From a virus (taxonomy: Duplodnaviria > Heunggongvirae > Uroviricota > Caudoviricetes): a stretch of 64,000 bases of DNA. The position numbers and the translations under genes are program-made. The stretch lies in IMG/VR virus record IMGVR_UViG_3300028534_000019, positions 31,091 to 95,090 of that record. One strand, given 5' to 3'. Below are positions 9,336 to 18,639 of the stretch, in pieces (position 1 is the stretch's first letter; each line of letters begins with the position of its first letter). The notes under the pieces were generated by a model. That model was given only the letters and a program-made list of their open reading frames with translations. It did not search any database and had not been told where the DNA came from.

Positions 9336-9914
9336 ATGACACTTGAAACATTTGCTGTTGAGTATAATAACTTAAAAATAGAAAAAGTATATATAAATTC
9401 ACACACATTAGAATCAGTAAAAAAAAGATTTAATATAGATTTAAAAATATCAGACCTAAAATCTGATATTTCTTTATCTATTGCTTTTCAAAAATATAAA
9501 AAGAATTTTACAGTAAATGATTTTAAGTTTGTTATCTTTATAAATGATATTGTACTTGTATTAAATATATATGAAAAAAATAATAAGTTTTATGGTAAAG
9601 TACTAACAGCATTATCACAAAAACAATTTGAATTAAGCAAAAATTTTTATCTTGGTAGTATTTTTGGTAATTTTGAGTGTACTATAAAAGAATATGCTTA
9701 TGAAGAAGTTTATTTTAATAATAGTTTTGAAAATATAAAAAAATCACTAAATGATTACAAACAATTACCAATATCACTAGATATTGCAACAAGTGATAGT
9801 GATATTAAAAGATTGAGAAAAGCAAACAGAACTGTTGATGTACCTTATATAAAAGGTTATTTTATAAAAGTTGTTGATGGTATTGATTATCTTATTATAG
9901 GTAGTAAAAAATAA
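9336..9914 (+). CDS. hypothetical protein
   Basis: 192-aa ORF. Confidence 0.45.
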   Translation: MTLETFAVEYNNLKIEKVYINSHTLESVKKRFNIDLKISDLKSDISLSIAFQKYKKNFTVNDFKFVIFINDIVLVLNIYEKNNKFYGKVLTALSQKQFELSKNFYLGSIFGNFECTIKEYAYEEVYFNNSFENIKKSLNDYKQLPISLDIATSDSDIKRLRKANRTVDVPYIKGYFIKVVDGIDYLIIGSKK

Positions 9915-9931
9915 GTATATGGAGGGTTAAT

Positions 9932-10387
9932 ATGAATAAACAAAAGTTTTATTTTAATAGTGAACATTTTGAATATGCTATTAATGACATTAAAAATAGA
10001 GTCCTATTGAATGTTAAAAAAGATGGTTTACAGATTGTTTCAGTGTTTAAGGATGGTTTACCTTTGGGTGTAAGGTTATCAAATGAATTTAATACAGGGT
10101 TGAGTATTATAAATTATGAAAAGTTTAGCTCAAATTCTGATAGTGTAACATTGCTTAAAGATGATGGTTTAAGAGGTGCTACAAATATATTAATTGTAAG
10201 TGACTTAGTACAAGATAAAAAGGGTTTTGAAAAAATTGTAAAATATATTAAAGAAAAATATGATAAAGAACCTATTATATACACTTTATTTGGTGACCCT
10301 TTGGAAAATAATACTAGATGGAATTTTACATTTAAAGAAAATGGACAGAAAATTCAATTCATTCCTTGGGTTGGAATGGATGTATAA
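9932..10387 (+). CDS. hypothetical protein, weak phosphoribosyltransferase-like motif
   Basis: NILIVSDLVQDKKGF loosely resembles the type-I PRT motif (hhhVDDhhDTGgT). Weak call. Confidence 0.3.
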   Translation: MNKQKFYFNSEHFEYAINDIKNRVLLNVKKDGLQIVSVFKDGLPLGVRLSNEFNTGLSIINYEKFSSNSDSVTLLKDDGLRGATNILIVSDLVQDKKGFEKIVKYIKEKYDKEPIIYTLFGDPLENNTRWNFTFKENGQKIQFIPWVGMDV

Positions 10388-10411
10388 ATAATTCTAAAAT
10401 AGGAGAAAGAA

Positions 10412-10999
10412 ATGAAAAAATTTAGTGAATATATGAGTGAAAAAGCACTTGTAGAAGAAATGGAAGATAAGATAGGTTTAATGTTATATATGGCAGAAAA
10501 AAGTGATATTATAGCTGAATCTTATGATTTTGAAAATTTAACAGAAAGCCAAAGAATTGTACTTGAAGAAGGTGTAAATGATTGGTTAAACAAAGTTGGT
10601 CTTAAATTACATAAAACAAAAGGTATTATTGATTATTTAGCTGATTTTACTAAAGGTACAGGTAAAGTTCTTATGTCAGCAATTAAAGGTGATAAAGAGG
10701 CTGTTAAAGAACAACTTAAAAATGTTAAAAAAGAAGAAGTTTTAGATTTCTTACTTAAATTAGATATGGCTACATTACATATTGTTACCGGCCCGATACA
10801 CTTAATTGATGCTGTTACAGGTTGGGATTTAATGGCTAATGTTAAAGCAGTAGCTAAAACAGCAACTGATAAACTTAAAGAATTTTATCAAGCAATGAAA
10901 AAAGTAAAAGAAACAATTACAACTGTTTTACAAGGTACTAAACAAAAGAAAATGTTACAATTAGCAACAAACTTAGAAACAACAATTCCTGCACCTTAG
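10412..10999 (+). CDS. hypothetical protein
   Basis: 195-aa ORF. Confidence 0.45.
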   Translation: MKKFSEYMSEKALVEEMEDKIGLMLYMAEKSDIIAESYDFENLTESQRIVLEEGVNDWLNKVGLKLHKTKGIIDYLADFTKGTGKVLMSAIKGDKEAVKEQLKNVKKEEVLDFLLKLDMATLHIVTGPIHLIDAVTGWDLMANVKAVAKTATDKLKEFYQAMKKVKETITTVLQGTKQKKMLQLATNLETTIPAP

Positions 11000-11019
11000 A
11001 ACAAAAAAAAGGATTTTAA

Positions 11020-11538
11020 ATGCCAAAATTTGGTAAAAGAAGTAAAAGAAACTTAGAAACTTGTCATAGAGATTTAAGAATTATATGTAATGAAGCAATT
11101 AAATATTTTGATTTTTCTGTTATATATGGTATAAGAAGTGAAGAAGAACAATTTAAACTTTTTAATGAAGGCAAATCTCAACTTGATGGTATCCATAAAA
11201 AATCAAAACACCAAGGCAGAAAGTGTGAAAAACTTGATGCTGGTGTAGATGAAGAACACAAAATTTTAACAGATGAAGATGGTGATGCTATTGCTTCTTT
11301 TGCTGTTGATTTAATGCCTTACTATAAAGGTTTCAATCCTTTTACAAATGAGTCAGGAACTAAACTTTTTTATTACCAAGCAGGATTAATAATGGGGATA
11401 GCCGCTAGACTTTATGAAGAGGGAAAAATAAAACATACTTTAAGATGGGGTGGAAATTGGGATAATGATATGGACTTTTTCGGAGATTCTCATTTCTTTG
11501 ATTTACCACACTTTGAATTAGTAATACCTAAAAAATAG
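11020..11538 (+). CDS. peptidase M15-like (VanY / L-Ala-D-Glu peptidase fold) candidate cell-wall hydrolase
   Basis: TCHRDL...GIRSEEEQ...SKHQ...AVDL arrangement resembles the M15 Zn-binding H/D/H scaffold. Moderate call. Confidence 0.4.
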   Translation: MPKFGKRSKRNLETCHRDLRIICNEAIKYFDFSVIYGIRSEEEQFKLFNEGKSQLDGIHKKSKHQGRKCEKLDAGVDEEHKILTDEDGDAIASFAVDLMPYYKGFNPFTNESGTKLFYYQAGLIMGIAARLYEEGKIKHTLRWGGNWDNDMDFFGDSHFFDLPHFELVIPKK

Positions 11539-11741
11539 GGTATTACTATGAAGATATTTAAAAAAATTATTTTATCTATGATTATAAGTTTAAGCCTTTT
11601 TGTTTTTGACCCTTATAAACTTAACAGGTTAAGAGATTATCATAAAATTGAAAACACAAAATAACCTTAAAGACTTATAAAACTTACAATAACCTTACAA
11701 CACTACATAAAGTATTATAAATAATTATAAAAGGATTTATA

Positions 11742-12089
11742 ATGCTTTATACTTACAGAATTAAAAAAATACACAAAATATATGATGGTGATACAATTAC
11801 AGCAGAACTTGATTTAGGATTTAAGATTTCATTTATTGAAAAGATTAGATTGTCTTTTATTGATGCTCCTGAAATAAGAGGGGAAGAAAGAGAAGAAGGA
11901 TTAAAATCAAGATTATGGTTAGTAGAACATTTAAACTCAGCTATATCTAAAGGTGATGATGTTTTTGTTAGAACAAATAAAGATAGCCAAGGTAAATATG
12001 GAAGATATTTAGGGGATATTATAATTAATGGGGAGTCACTTAATCTAAAGATGGTTGAAGAGGGTTATGCTGAACTTTATAAAAAGTAA
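11742..12089 (+). CDS. staphylococcal-nuclease-like (SNase/thermonuclease) nuclease
   Basis: DGDT...IRLSFIDAPE...YGRYLGDI...VEEGYAELY matches SNase catalytic core motifs. Confidence 0.75.
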   Translation: MLYTYRIKKIHKIYDGDTITAELDLGFKISFIEKIRLSFIDAPEIRGEEREEGLKSRLWLVEHLNSAISKGDDVFVRTNKDSQGKYGRYLGDIIINGESLNLKMVEEGYAELYKK

Positions 12090-12099
12090 AGGTTTTATT

Positions 12100-13872
12100 A
12101 TGGAAGGAATATTTAATAAATTAAAAGAACATAATAAAGATGTTGTACTTAGTGATGAAGAGAAAAATAAAGTTTTAAGTGTTATAGATATAGAGAAAAA
12201 TAAAGAGGGTTTATATGTAGATGCCTTTGGTATGCCTATATCGCATAATGGGTTAAGAGATTTAAAAAAAGAGAAAACACAAATAAATCTTTCAGAAACA
12301 TTAATAAATGAAATTAAAACATCATATTTAGATTATTATTATTTTAGAGAAAATTATTGTAAAATTGTTACTAAAAAAGGTATTAAAAGACCTGAGCCAA
12401 GACCATACCAAAAAAGGTTAGAAGATGATTTAGTAACAGGTGAAGATGTTTTAGCATTTTGGCCGAGACAATCAGGAAAATCTGTAACTATTTCAACTTA
12501 TCTATTATGGAAAGCAATTACAACACCTAATATTAATATTGGTATAGCGGCAAATGTTCAAAAATTAGCTATGGAAGTATTAGACAAAATAAAAAATATA
12601 TTTTTGGAGTTACCTATTTGGATGAAGCCGGGTATAAAGGTTTGGAATAAAGGTTCTATTGAATTTGAAAATGGTACAAGAATTTTAACCTCAGCAACTA
12701 ATGGTGATGCTTTTAGGGGGTTTACTATTAATATATTATATGTTGATGAGGTTGCTTTTATTAGACATAGTGTGTGGGAAGAATTTGCTGATTCTGTTTT
12801 CCCTGCTCAAGAAGCACTTATGGAAAAACAAACTATTATGTCAAGTACGGCTGGTGGGCTTAATCATTGGTATCATTTAGTAGAGGGTGCTAGAAAGGGT
12901 AAAAATGGTTATAGAATAGCTGAAGCAAGTTGGAAAGAAGTTCCTAGATGGAAAAAAGATGGTACTCTTAAAACACCTGATGAATTTAAGGCTGAAATAA
13001 TAGCTAAAAATGGAGAGATGTTTTTCCAACAAAATTTTGGTAACTCTTTTTTAGGTAGTTCTAAAACTTTAATAGATTCACAAGCATTAAAAAATATTGA
13101 ACCTATGGATGATGATGAAATTTTGTTTGATAATGTTTTTAATGGACTAAGAATTTTTAAAGAGCCAAAACCTAATCATAATTATATAGTTACTTGTGAC
13201 CCCAAAAAAGAGGGTTTGGATAGTGCTGGATTACAAGTTGTTGATGTTACAAATTTACCTTTTGAACAAGTAGCATCAGCACAATTACACGAGAGTTATT
13301 TAACAATTCCTGGTAAATTAAATGATTTAGGGTTGTATTATAATAAGGCTATGATAGTATGTGAAAATAATGTAGCTGAGTCTATACCTAGTACTGTATA
13401 TTATAATTATGAATATGAGGGTGAAGTCTTTATAGAAAAAGATAGTAAGGGTCGCCCTAAAAAGGAAATGGGCATTAGGACAACTACCAAAACAAAAAGA
13501 TTAGGTTTAACTCTATTAAAGAAATTTGTAGAGAATGGAAACCTAATAATAAATGATACAAAAACATTAGATGAATTATTTAACTTCATTGAATATAAAG
13601 ATGGTATATATAAAGCAGAAGAGGGTTATCACGATGACCTTGTTATGTCATTAATGCTTGTTTTTGCTCCATTTTTAGATTTTAAAAACTTTGATGATTT
13701 TAGAGGTTTTGTTGATTATCTTGATAAAAAAGAAAAACAACAAGAAGAGAATGATAAAGAGATGGAAGAATTTATGGATTTAGGTTTTAGTTCTGATGAT
13801 GATTTGGAAGATGACGGGCCGTTTACTAAGGATATTTGGGGAAATAGAGATATGGTTGGTGGCTTCATATAA
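12100..13872 (+). CDS. 17: terminase large subunit (T4 gp17 family)
   Basis: Walker A PRQSGKSV (T4 SRQLGKT), Walker B ILYVDEVAF, and a C-terminal nuclease-like region. The longest ORF begins at 12055 inside the SNase gene, but the ATG at 12100 after the SNase stop is the likely start. Confidence 0.85.
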   Translation: MEGIFNKLKEHNKDVVLSDEEKNKVLSVIDIEKNKEGLYVDAFGMPISHNGLRDLKKEKTQINLSETLINEIKTSYLDYYYFRENYCKIVTKKGIKRPEPRPYQKRLEDDLVTGEDVLAFWPRQSGKSVTISTYLLWKAITTPNINIGIAANVQKLAMEVLDKIKNIFLELPIWMKPGIKVWNKGSIEFENGTRILTSATNGDAFRGFTINILYVDEVAFIRHSVWEEFADSVFPAQEALMEKQTIMSSTAGGLNHWYHLVEGARKGKNGYRIAEASWKEVPRWKKDGTLKTPDEFKAEIIAKNGEMFFQQNFGNSFLGSSKTLIDSQALKNIEPMDDDEILFDNVFNGLRIFKEPKPNHNYIVTCDPKKEGLDSAGLQVVDVTNLPFEQVASAQLHESYLTIPGKLNDLGLYYNKAMIVCENNVAESIPSTVYYNYEYEGEVFIEKDSKGRPKKEMGIRTTTKTKRLGLTLLKKFVENGNLIINDTKTLDELFNFIEYKDGIYKAEEGYHDDLVMSLMLVFAPFLDFKNFDDFRGFVDYLDKKEKQQEENDKEMEEFMDLGFSSDDDLEDDGPFTKDIWGNRDMVGGFI

Positions 13873-13925
13873 AAATTAAGTATTTTTACTGTATAATAAA
13901 ATCTATTAAAAATAAAAGGTTATAT

Positions 13926-14552
13926 ATGAGAAAGAAATTTAATGAAGATAAGAACAAAACTTATGAGAGTAAAGAACACTCTTTACATAAAAAGAAGATT
14001 GTAAAAAATCAAGACTATACAAAATTTAGGTTTTTTATAGGAACTTTTGATAATCAAACACCTAAGTTTCATTTAATATTAAATGATTTATATGATTCTA
14101 ATGAAAAAGATGAATTAGAATTAAGAATTATGTCACCAGTTGGATTGGTTATTGAATGTCAGCAAGTTGTGAATATAATGAATAACAAATTTAATGGTAG
14201 AACAACAGCATATATTGAAAGCCACGCTAGTTCAGCAGGTGCTATTGTTTTTGCTAATGCTGATAAAAGAGTTATATATGAAAATTCAAGAATAATGTTT
14301 CACAACTATTCAGGTGGTTATGGTGGTAAATTTCAAGATATTAAAGATAGATTAGATTTTGATGAAAAACATATTATTTCTTTTTTGAGTGTTGCTAAAC
14401 AATTCTTAAATAAAAAAGAATGGAAACAAATGGTAAATGGAAAAAACTTTTGGTTTGATGCTTCTGATATGTTAAAAAGAAATATAGCAACTCATATCAT
14501 AGTAGATGGTAAAGAGATGACTAAGAAAGAATATAAAAAATATAAAAAATAA
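13926..14552 (+). CDS. ClpP-like serine protease (candidate prohead protease)
   Basis: HASSAGAIVFANA (ClpP active-site Ser region), RIMFHNYSGG (catalytic His region). Adjacent to the terminase. Confidence 0.7.
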   Translation: MRKKFNEDKNKTYESKEHSLHKKKIVKNQDYTKFRFFIGTFDNQTPKFHLILNDLYDSNEKDELELRIMSPVGLVIECQQVVNIMNNKFNGRTTAYIESHASSAGAIVFANADKRVIYENSRIMFHNYSGGYGGKFQDIKDRLDFDEKHIISFLSVAKQFLNKKEWKQMVNGKNFWFDASDMLKRNIATHIIVDGKEMTKKEYKKYKK

Positions 14553-14606
14553 TAATCTCTATAATAGAAAATCATATAAATATTATTAAAATTAAAGAGG
14601 TATAAA

Positions 14607-15344
14607 ATGAACCTTAATTTATATGACTCATCACACGATAGAGAATATGAACTTTTTAGAGATACAACAGAAGAATTAATTAATATGTATGGTGTACCTG
14701 TAAAATATCTTATAACAGAAAAAATTAATCAAAATGAAATATTTGGTGAATGGAGTCATTTAAAGATAGACAATCAAAAGGTACACCAATTTTTTGGTTT
14801 ACCATCAGCTAGTGATAATTGGGAAGGTGATAACTCTTTATTTTCAAATTTTGGGCTTCAAAATGTAGAAAGTATTAATATATTCATTCCTAGAAAAGTT
14901 ATGGAAGTGATACACCCTGAAATTGTTAATAGAGATGGTAAAGCAACAATAGAAAATTTACCTATTGGGAATTTGGTAGTTTTTGAAAGTAATAAAATAA
15001 TGGAAGTTACTGGTTTTGAATTAAGTTCAGCAGATTTTGGTAATAATAATGTATTTACTTCTGATAGACTGAAAAATGTTTTTAAACTTAAATTAAAATC
15101 TTATATACCAAATAGAGATGATTATTCTTCAGCAGATGATATAACAGATAGTAACAATTTTGATTATGGTGATTTTGGTAACTTAGATTCAATATTCAGA
15201 GATGAAGAAGAAGAAGTAAAAAATGTTACACACAAAGCCGAAGATGTAGTATTAAAAAATGAAACTATTTATCCTGCTGAGGTTAGAGAAAAACCAATAA
15301 GAGAAAAAACAAAAGAAGATAATCCTTTTGGGTATCTTGGTTAA
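14607..15344 (+). CDS. hypothetical protein (acidic C-terminus)
   Basis: 245-aa ORF after the protease. Possibly a scaffold or head protein, unverified. Confidence 0.45.
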   Translation: MNLNLYDSSHDREYELFRDTTEELINMYGVPVKYLITEKINQNEIFGEWSHLKIDNQKVHQFFGLPSASDNWEGDNSLFSNFGLQNVESINIFIPRKVMEVIHPEIVNRDGKATIENLPIGNLVVFESNKIMEVTGFELSSADFGNNNVFTSDRLKNVFKLKLKSYIPNRDDYSSADDITDSNNFDYGDFGNLDSIFRDEEEEVKNVTHKAEDVVLKNETIYPAEVREKPIREKTKEDNPFGYLG

Positions 15345-15358
15345 TATAAAGGAAAAAT

Positions 15359-15754
15359 ATGAAAAATAACCTAAATGGTGTTGATAATACTAAAACAGTA
15401 GGTTCTTTTAATGAATTAGATAAGTTATTAAAAGATAAGAAAATGAAACCTGTTTTTGAAAGAGATGGTTTAACATTTTTTAAAAAATCAAGGTTTTATA
15501 TGAACAAAGGTGTATTAAGAGAACATATTGCTACATATAAGGGATATGCTATTCTACTAGACCACAACAATCTTAAAGAAACTTTAGATGAAAATAAAAC
15601 AAAAATGATGCCTATACTAATTAGTGCTAATGATATTAAATTACTTAAAAAAATAAATGGTAATATAATAAGAAAATTAAACCCACAAACTCTTACAAAA
15701 CTTGAAAAAGCAGTAATGCTTGATGAAGTAATGAAAAACATAGATTCAATGTAA
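15359..15754 (+). CDS. hypothetical protein
   Basis: 131-aa ORF. Confidence 0.4.
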   Translation: MKNNLNGVDNTKTVGSFNELDKLLKDKKMKPVFERDGLTFFKKSRFYMNKGVLREHIATYKGYAILLDHNNLKETLDENKTKMMPILISANDIKLLKKINGNIIRKLNPQTLTKLEKAVMLDEVMKNIDSM

Positions 15755-15830
15755 TCTATGTTCCCACAATAAAATTTTTAAAAAATCAATAATAAACATA
15801 CTATTTTTATTTTACTTTAAGCATATAGTA

Positions 15831-15867
15831 GCTATAATACTACATATAAAACATAAAAGGATTAGAA
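15831..15867 (+). promoter_or_regulatory. promoter-leader cassette GCTATAATACTACATATAAAACATAAAAGGATTA, identical 34-nt copy at 32565..32598
   Basis: Extended -10 plus RBS cassette directly before the ATG. Exact repeat in front of two different genes. Confidence 0.6.
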
Positions 15868-16212
15868 ATGGCAACAAGAAGTACAATTTGGATAGAAAAT
15901 GAAGATAAAAGTTTTGAAGGTATTTATGCTCATTGGGATGGATATTTATCACATAATGGTAGAATACTTTTAAATAACTATAATTCAGAAGAAAAAGCAA
16001 GAGAACTTATTGCTAAGGGTAATATTTCAGTTTTAGATGAAACTATTGACACTTGTAGATTTTATGATGAAGAGGGTTATAAATCAAGTTCTGATGATTT
16101 AACTGATTATCACGAAGAGTATCTATATCTTTTCAAAGATGGTAAATGGTTTGTATCAGAAGATGCTAAAAATTTTGTTGAATTAACAGAAAAACTTATA
16201 GGAGAAGAGTAA
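15868..16212 (+). CDS. hypothetical protein
   Basis: 114-aa ORF. Confidence 0.45.
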   Translation: MATRSTIWIENEDKSFEGIYAHWDGYLSHNGRILLNNYNSEEKARELIAKGNISVLDETIDTCRFYDEEGYKSSSDDLTDYHEEYLYLFKDGKWFVSEDAKNFVELTEKLIGEE

Positions 16213-16592
16213 TGTTTTCAGATAAGTATGTAAAAATTTTAAAAGAGGATTGGGAAGTAATCAAAAAAGATTATAACTCAATGCTGAAAGAAAATGAAAA
16301 GTTAAAAAAAGAAAATGCTGAGTTACAGAAATATAAAGCACAAGATGATTTACTTTATAGTTATGAAAACACATTAGTTGATAAAGATATTCAGATAAAC
16401 TCTTTAAAGGAAGAAATTCATAATTTAAAATATAATTTACTTATATTAGAAGATAAACTAGATAGAAGTGCTATTATGGAAAAATTATATCTTGAAACTT
16501 TACATAAGGAAAGATTGAAAAGAAGTTGTTTTAAAGAATGTGATGAATATGAAACTGTAAATACAGAGAGTATTTTAGATAAAACTGTTTAA
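16212..16592 (+). CDS. hypothetical coiled-coil protein
   Basis: 126-aa, K/E-rich heptad-like sequence. Confidence 0.4.
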   Translation: MFSDKYVKILKEDWEVIKKDYNSMLKENEKLKKENAELQKYKAQDDLLYSYENTLVDKDIQINSLKEEIHNLKYNLLILEDKLDRSAIMEKLYLETLHKERLKRSCFKECDEYETVNTESILDKTV

Positions 16593-16601
16593 AGGATTAA
16601 A

Positions 16602-17051
16602 ATGATATATTCAAATAATAAAAAAGTAAAACACGACTATGAAATAATTGAAACATTTGAGGCAGGTGTTGTTTTGAGCGGTCCGCAAGTAAAATCAATT
16701 AGAAAAGGTTCTTTAAGCCTTAAAGGTTCTTATGTTAGTCTTGATGATGGTGTTTTATCATTAAAACAATACTCACTTGCTAGACCTGATTATTTGGATG
16801 CTTTTAGTTCTTTTGATGATAAACCAATAAAATTTTTACTCAAAAAAAGAGAGATTAAAAAATTACAAAAAAAGATTCAAGAAAAAGGTTTAACATTATC
16901 TATAACAAAAGTTTATCAACCTGAAAATACTAGATTTATTAAGGCTGAGTTAGTTCTTGTGAGAGGTAAAAAACTATATGATAAAAGAGAAGATTTAAAA
17001 AAGAAAACACAAGAAATGGATATGAAAAAGGCTATAAAATATGATAGATAA
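16602..17051 (+). CDS. smpB: SsrA-binding protein SmpB
   Basis: Collinear with E. coli SmpB: KHDYEIIETFEAGVVLSGPQVKSIRKGSLSLKGSYV vs [36 protein letters not shown]. C-terminal GKKLYDKREDLKKK vs GKKQHDKRSDIKER. Confidence 0.9.
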   Translation: MIYSNNKKVKHDYEIIETFEAGVVLSGPQVKSIRKGSLSLKGSYVSLDDGVLSLKQYSLARPDYLDAFSSFDDKPIKFLLKKREIKKLQKKIQEKGLTLSITKVYQPENTRFIKAELVLVRGKKLYDKREDLKKKTQEMDMKKAIKYDR

Positions 17052-17250
17052 TCTAAAAAGTGCTGATGAAATATATTTAGTAGTACAGTTTGGAGCAAAA
17101 GATTTTAACAATAGAACACAAGAATTGATTGATGAAAATTATATTCCATTTAGTGATGTTGCTGTTCAAAGTTTTCACGATGAATTTTGCTTTTCACAAC
17201 AGTTTATAAAAAATCCAAAATACATAGAAGAAACAAAAAGGAAAATATAA
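17041..17250 (+). CDS. hypothetical small protein
   Basis: 69-aa ORF bridging smpB and the next gene. Confidence 0.35.
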   Translation: MIDNLKSADEIYLVVQFGAKDFNNRTQELIDENYIPFSDVAVQSFHDEFCFSQQFIKNPKYIEETKRKI

Positions 17251-18041
17251 TGTTAATAGTACCTGTTGGTTTGCCTGGTTCAGGAAAAACTGTTTTATCA
17301 AGAAAATTTAATACAGTTATAAATGCTGATGAATTGTTTAAGGATAATTATACATTAGATGATTTAATAAATTATATAAAAGAATATAATTATACAGTAA
17401 CAGATGTTTATTTGGATGGTTTATTTATTACAAGGAATTTAGTTAAGAAATTGATTGAAACTTTTGATTATTATATTAGATTAGTATATTTTAAACCTAA
17501 TATAGAAAATTGTATCTACAATGATTTATCAAGAAATAGAGAAAAAGATAGTGTTAATATAATTTATGGTTCTGATTTAAGTTTTATGAAAGAAAGTTAT
17601 TTTAGAAATAAAATAAGAGAAACAATGGAAGTATATAAGGCTGATTATGTAGAATATATAAAAGAAGAAAATAACTTTCAAAATTATATAGAAACACAAG
17701 AGTATGTCTTAGAAGGAAGTACATATGGTACTTGTTGGGATGAAGACGGCCCGTCTGAAACAACACCTGATGACCCATACCATTTTACTGATTTTACAGA
17801 ACTTGAAAAGATATTTAAAAAAATGAATATTCCTTATACAGAAGAAAATTATAATAAAATTGAAAGTGTTATAGAAGAAGAAGATAGAAGTGAGGGTGAT
17901 TATTATGGTGGTTATGCTTATAAAGAGGTTTATAGAGTTGAAGTTACATTATTAATAAAAGCAATACTAAAAGAGTTTTTTGGTATTGATAAAACAGATA
18001 TGGCATATATTAAAAAAGAATACCCTGAACTAATATTTTAA
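17250..18041 (+). CDS. P-loop kinase (polynucleotide-kinase-like kinase domain) ending ...KKEYPELIF
   Basis: MLIVPVGLPGSGKT Walker A at the N-terminus, as in the T4 Pnk kinase domain (ILTIGCPGSGKST). The ORF track extends to 17187, but the ATG at 17250 gives the P-loop at the N-terminus. Confidence 0.5.
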   Translation: MLIVPVGLPGSGKTVLSRKFNTVINADELFKDNYTLDDLINYIKEYNYTVTDVYLDGLFITRNLVKKLIETFDYYIRLVYFKPNIENCIYNDLSRNREKDSVNIIYGSDLSFMKESYFRNKIRETMEVYKADYVEYIKEENNFQNYIETQEYVLEGSTYGTCWDEDGPSETTPDDPYHFTDFTELEKIFKKMNIPYTEENYNKIESVIEEEDRSEGDYYGGYAYKEVYRVEVTLLIKAILKEFFGIDKTDMAYIKKEYPELIF

Positions 18042-18056
18042 AAAAAAGGCTAAAAA

Positions 18057-18569
18057 ATGGTAGAAGAAAATAATTTTAGAGAAACAAAAACACATATTTA
18101 TTTTTGGGGTAGTATCTATTCTCAATGGTACACTTCAAAAAACCAATTCAAAGAAGATGGATTTATTTTTCAAAATGCTGAACAGTATATGATGATGAAA
18201 AAAGCAGAACTTTTTAAAGATTATGATGTATTAGAAAAAATGAAACAAACAAGTAATCCAAAGGTATTAAAAAAATTGGGTAGAGAAATTAAAGGTTTTG
18301 ATGAAGATATTTGGAATTTTAATAAAATGGATATTGTTGAAAGAGGGAATTTTTTAAAGTTCTCTCAAAATCCTAAGTTATTAGAAAAACTTATAGCACA
18401 CAAAAATAAACATATAGTAGAAGCATCACCTTATGATAAGATTTGGGGTATTGGGCTTCATTGGTCAGATGATAAGGTATTAAATGAAAGTACTTGGAAT
18501 GGTGAAAATCTTTTAGGTAAATGTATTATGTCAGCAAGAGATAAAATTTTAAATCCAAAATCTATATAA
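18057..18569 (+). CDS. NADAR-domain protein (YbiA-like, ADP-ribose/NAD-related N-glycosidase family)
   Basis: Collinear with E. coli YbiA: FWGSIYSQWY, NAEQYMMMKKAELF, FSQNPKLLEKL, VEASPYDKIWGIG (YbiA: VEHTENDAYWGDG). Confidence 0.8.
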   Translation: MVEENNFRETKTHIYFWGSIYSQWYTSKNQFKEDGFIFQNAEQYMMMKKAELFKDYDVLEKMKQTSNPKVLKKLGREIKGFDEDIWNFNKMDIVERGNFLKFSQNPKLLEKLIAHKNKHIVEASPYDKIWGIGLHWSDDKVLNESTWNGENLLGKCIMSARDKILNPKSI

Positions 18570-18639
18570 TAAGAAAAAATTAAATAAAAATATTATATAA
18601 TTAAGAATTAAAACATTTAAAACACAAAGGAGATAATTT

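Noticed and set aside
11548-11664. 38-aa hydrophobic mini-ORF in the 200-nt gap between the M15-like gene and the SNase gene
   Set aside because: No convincing RBS. The region is better explained as a promoter or intergenic spacer with ATAACCTTA direct repeats. Too short to support.
12055-12099. Longest-ORF start of the terminase at 12055 (MKRVMLNF...)
   Set aside because: It would overlap the SNase gene by 35 nt in a different frame. The ATG at 12100 follows the SNase stop with a short spacer and is the more parsimonious start.
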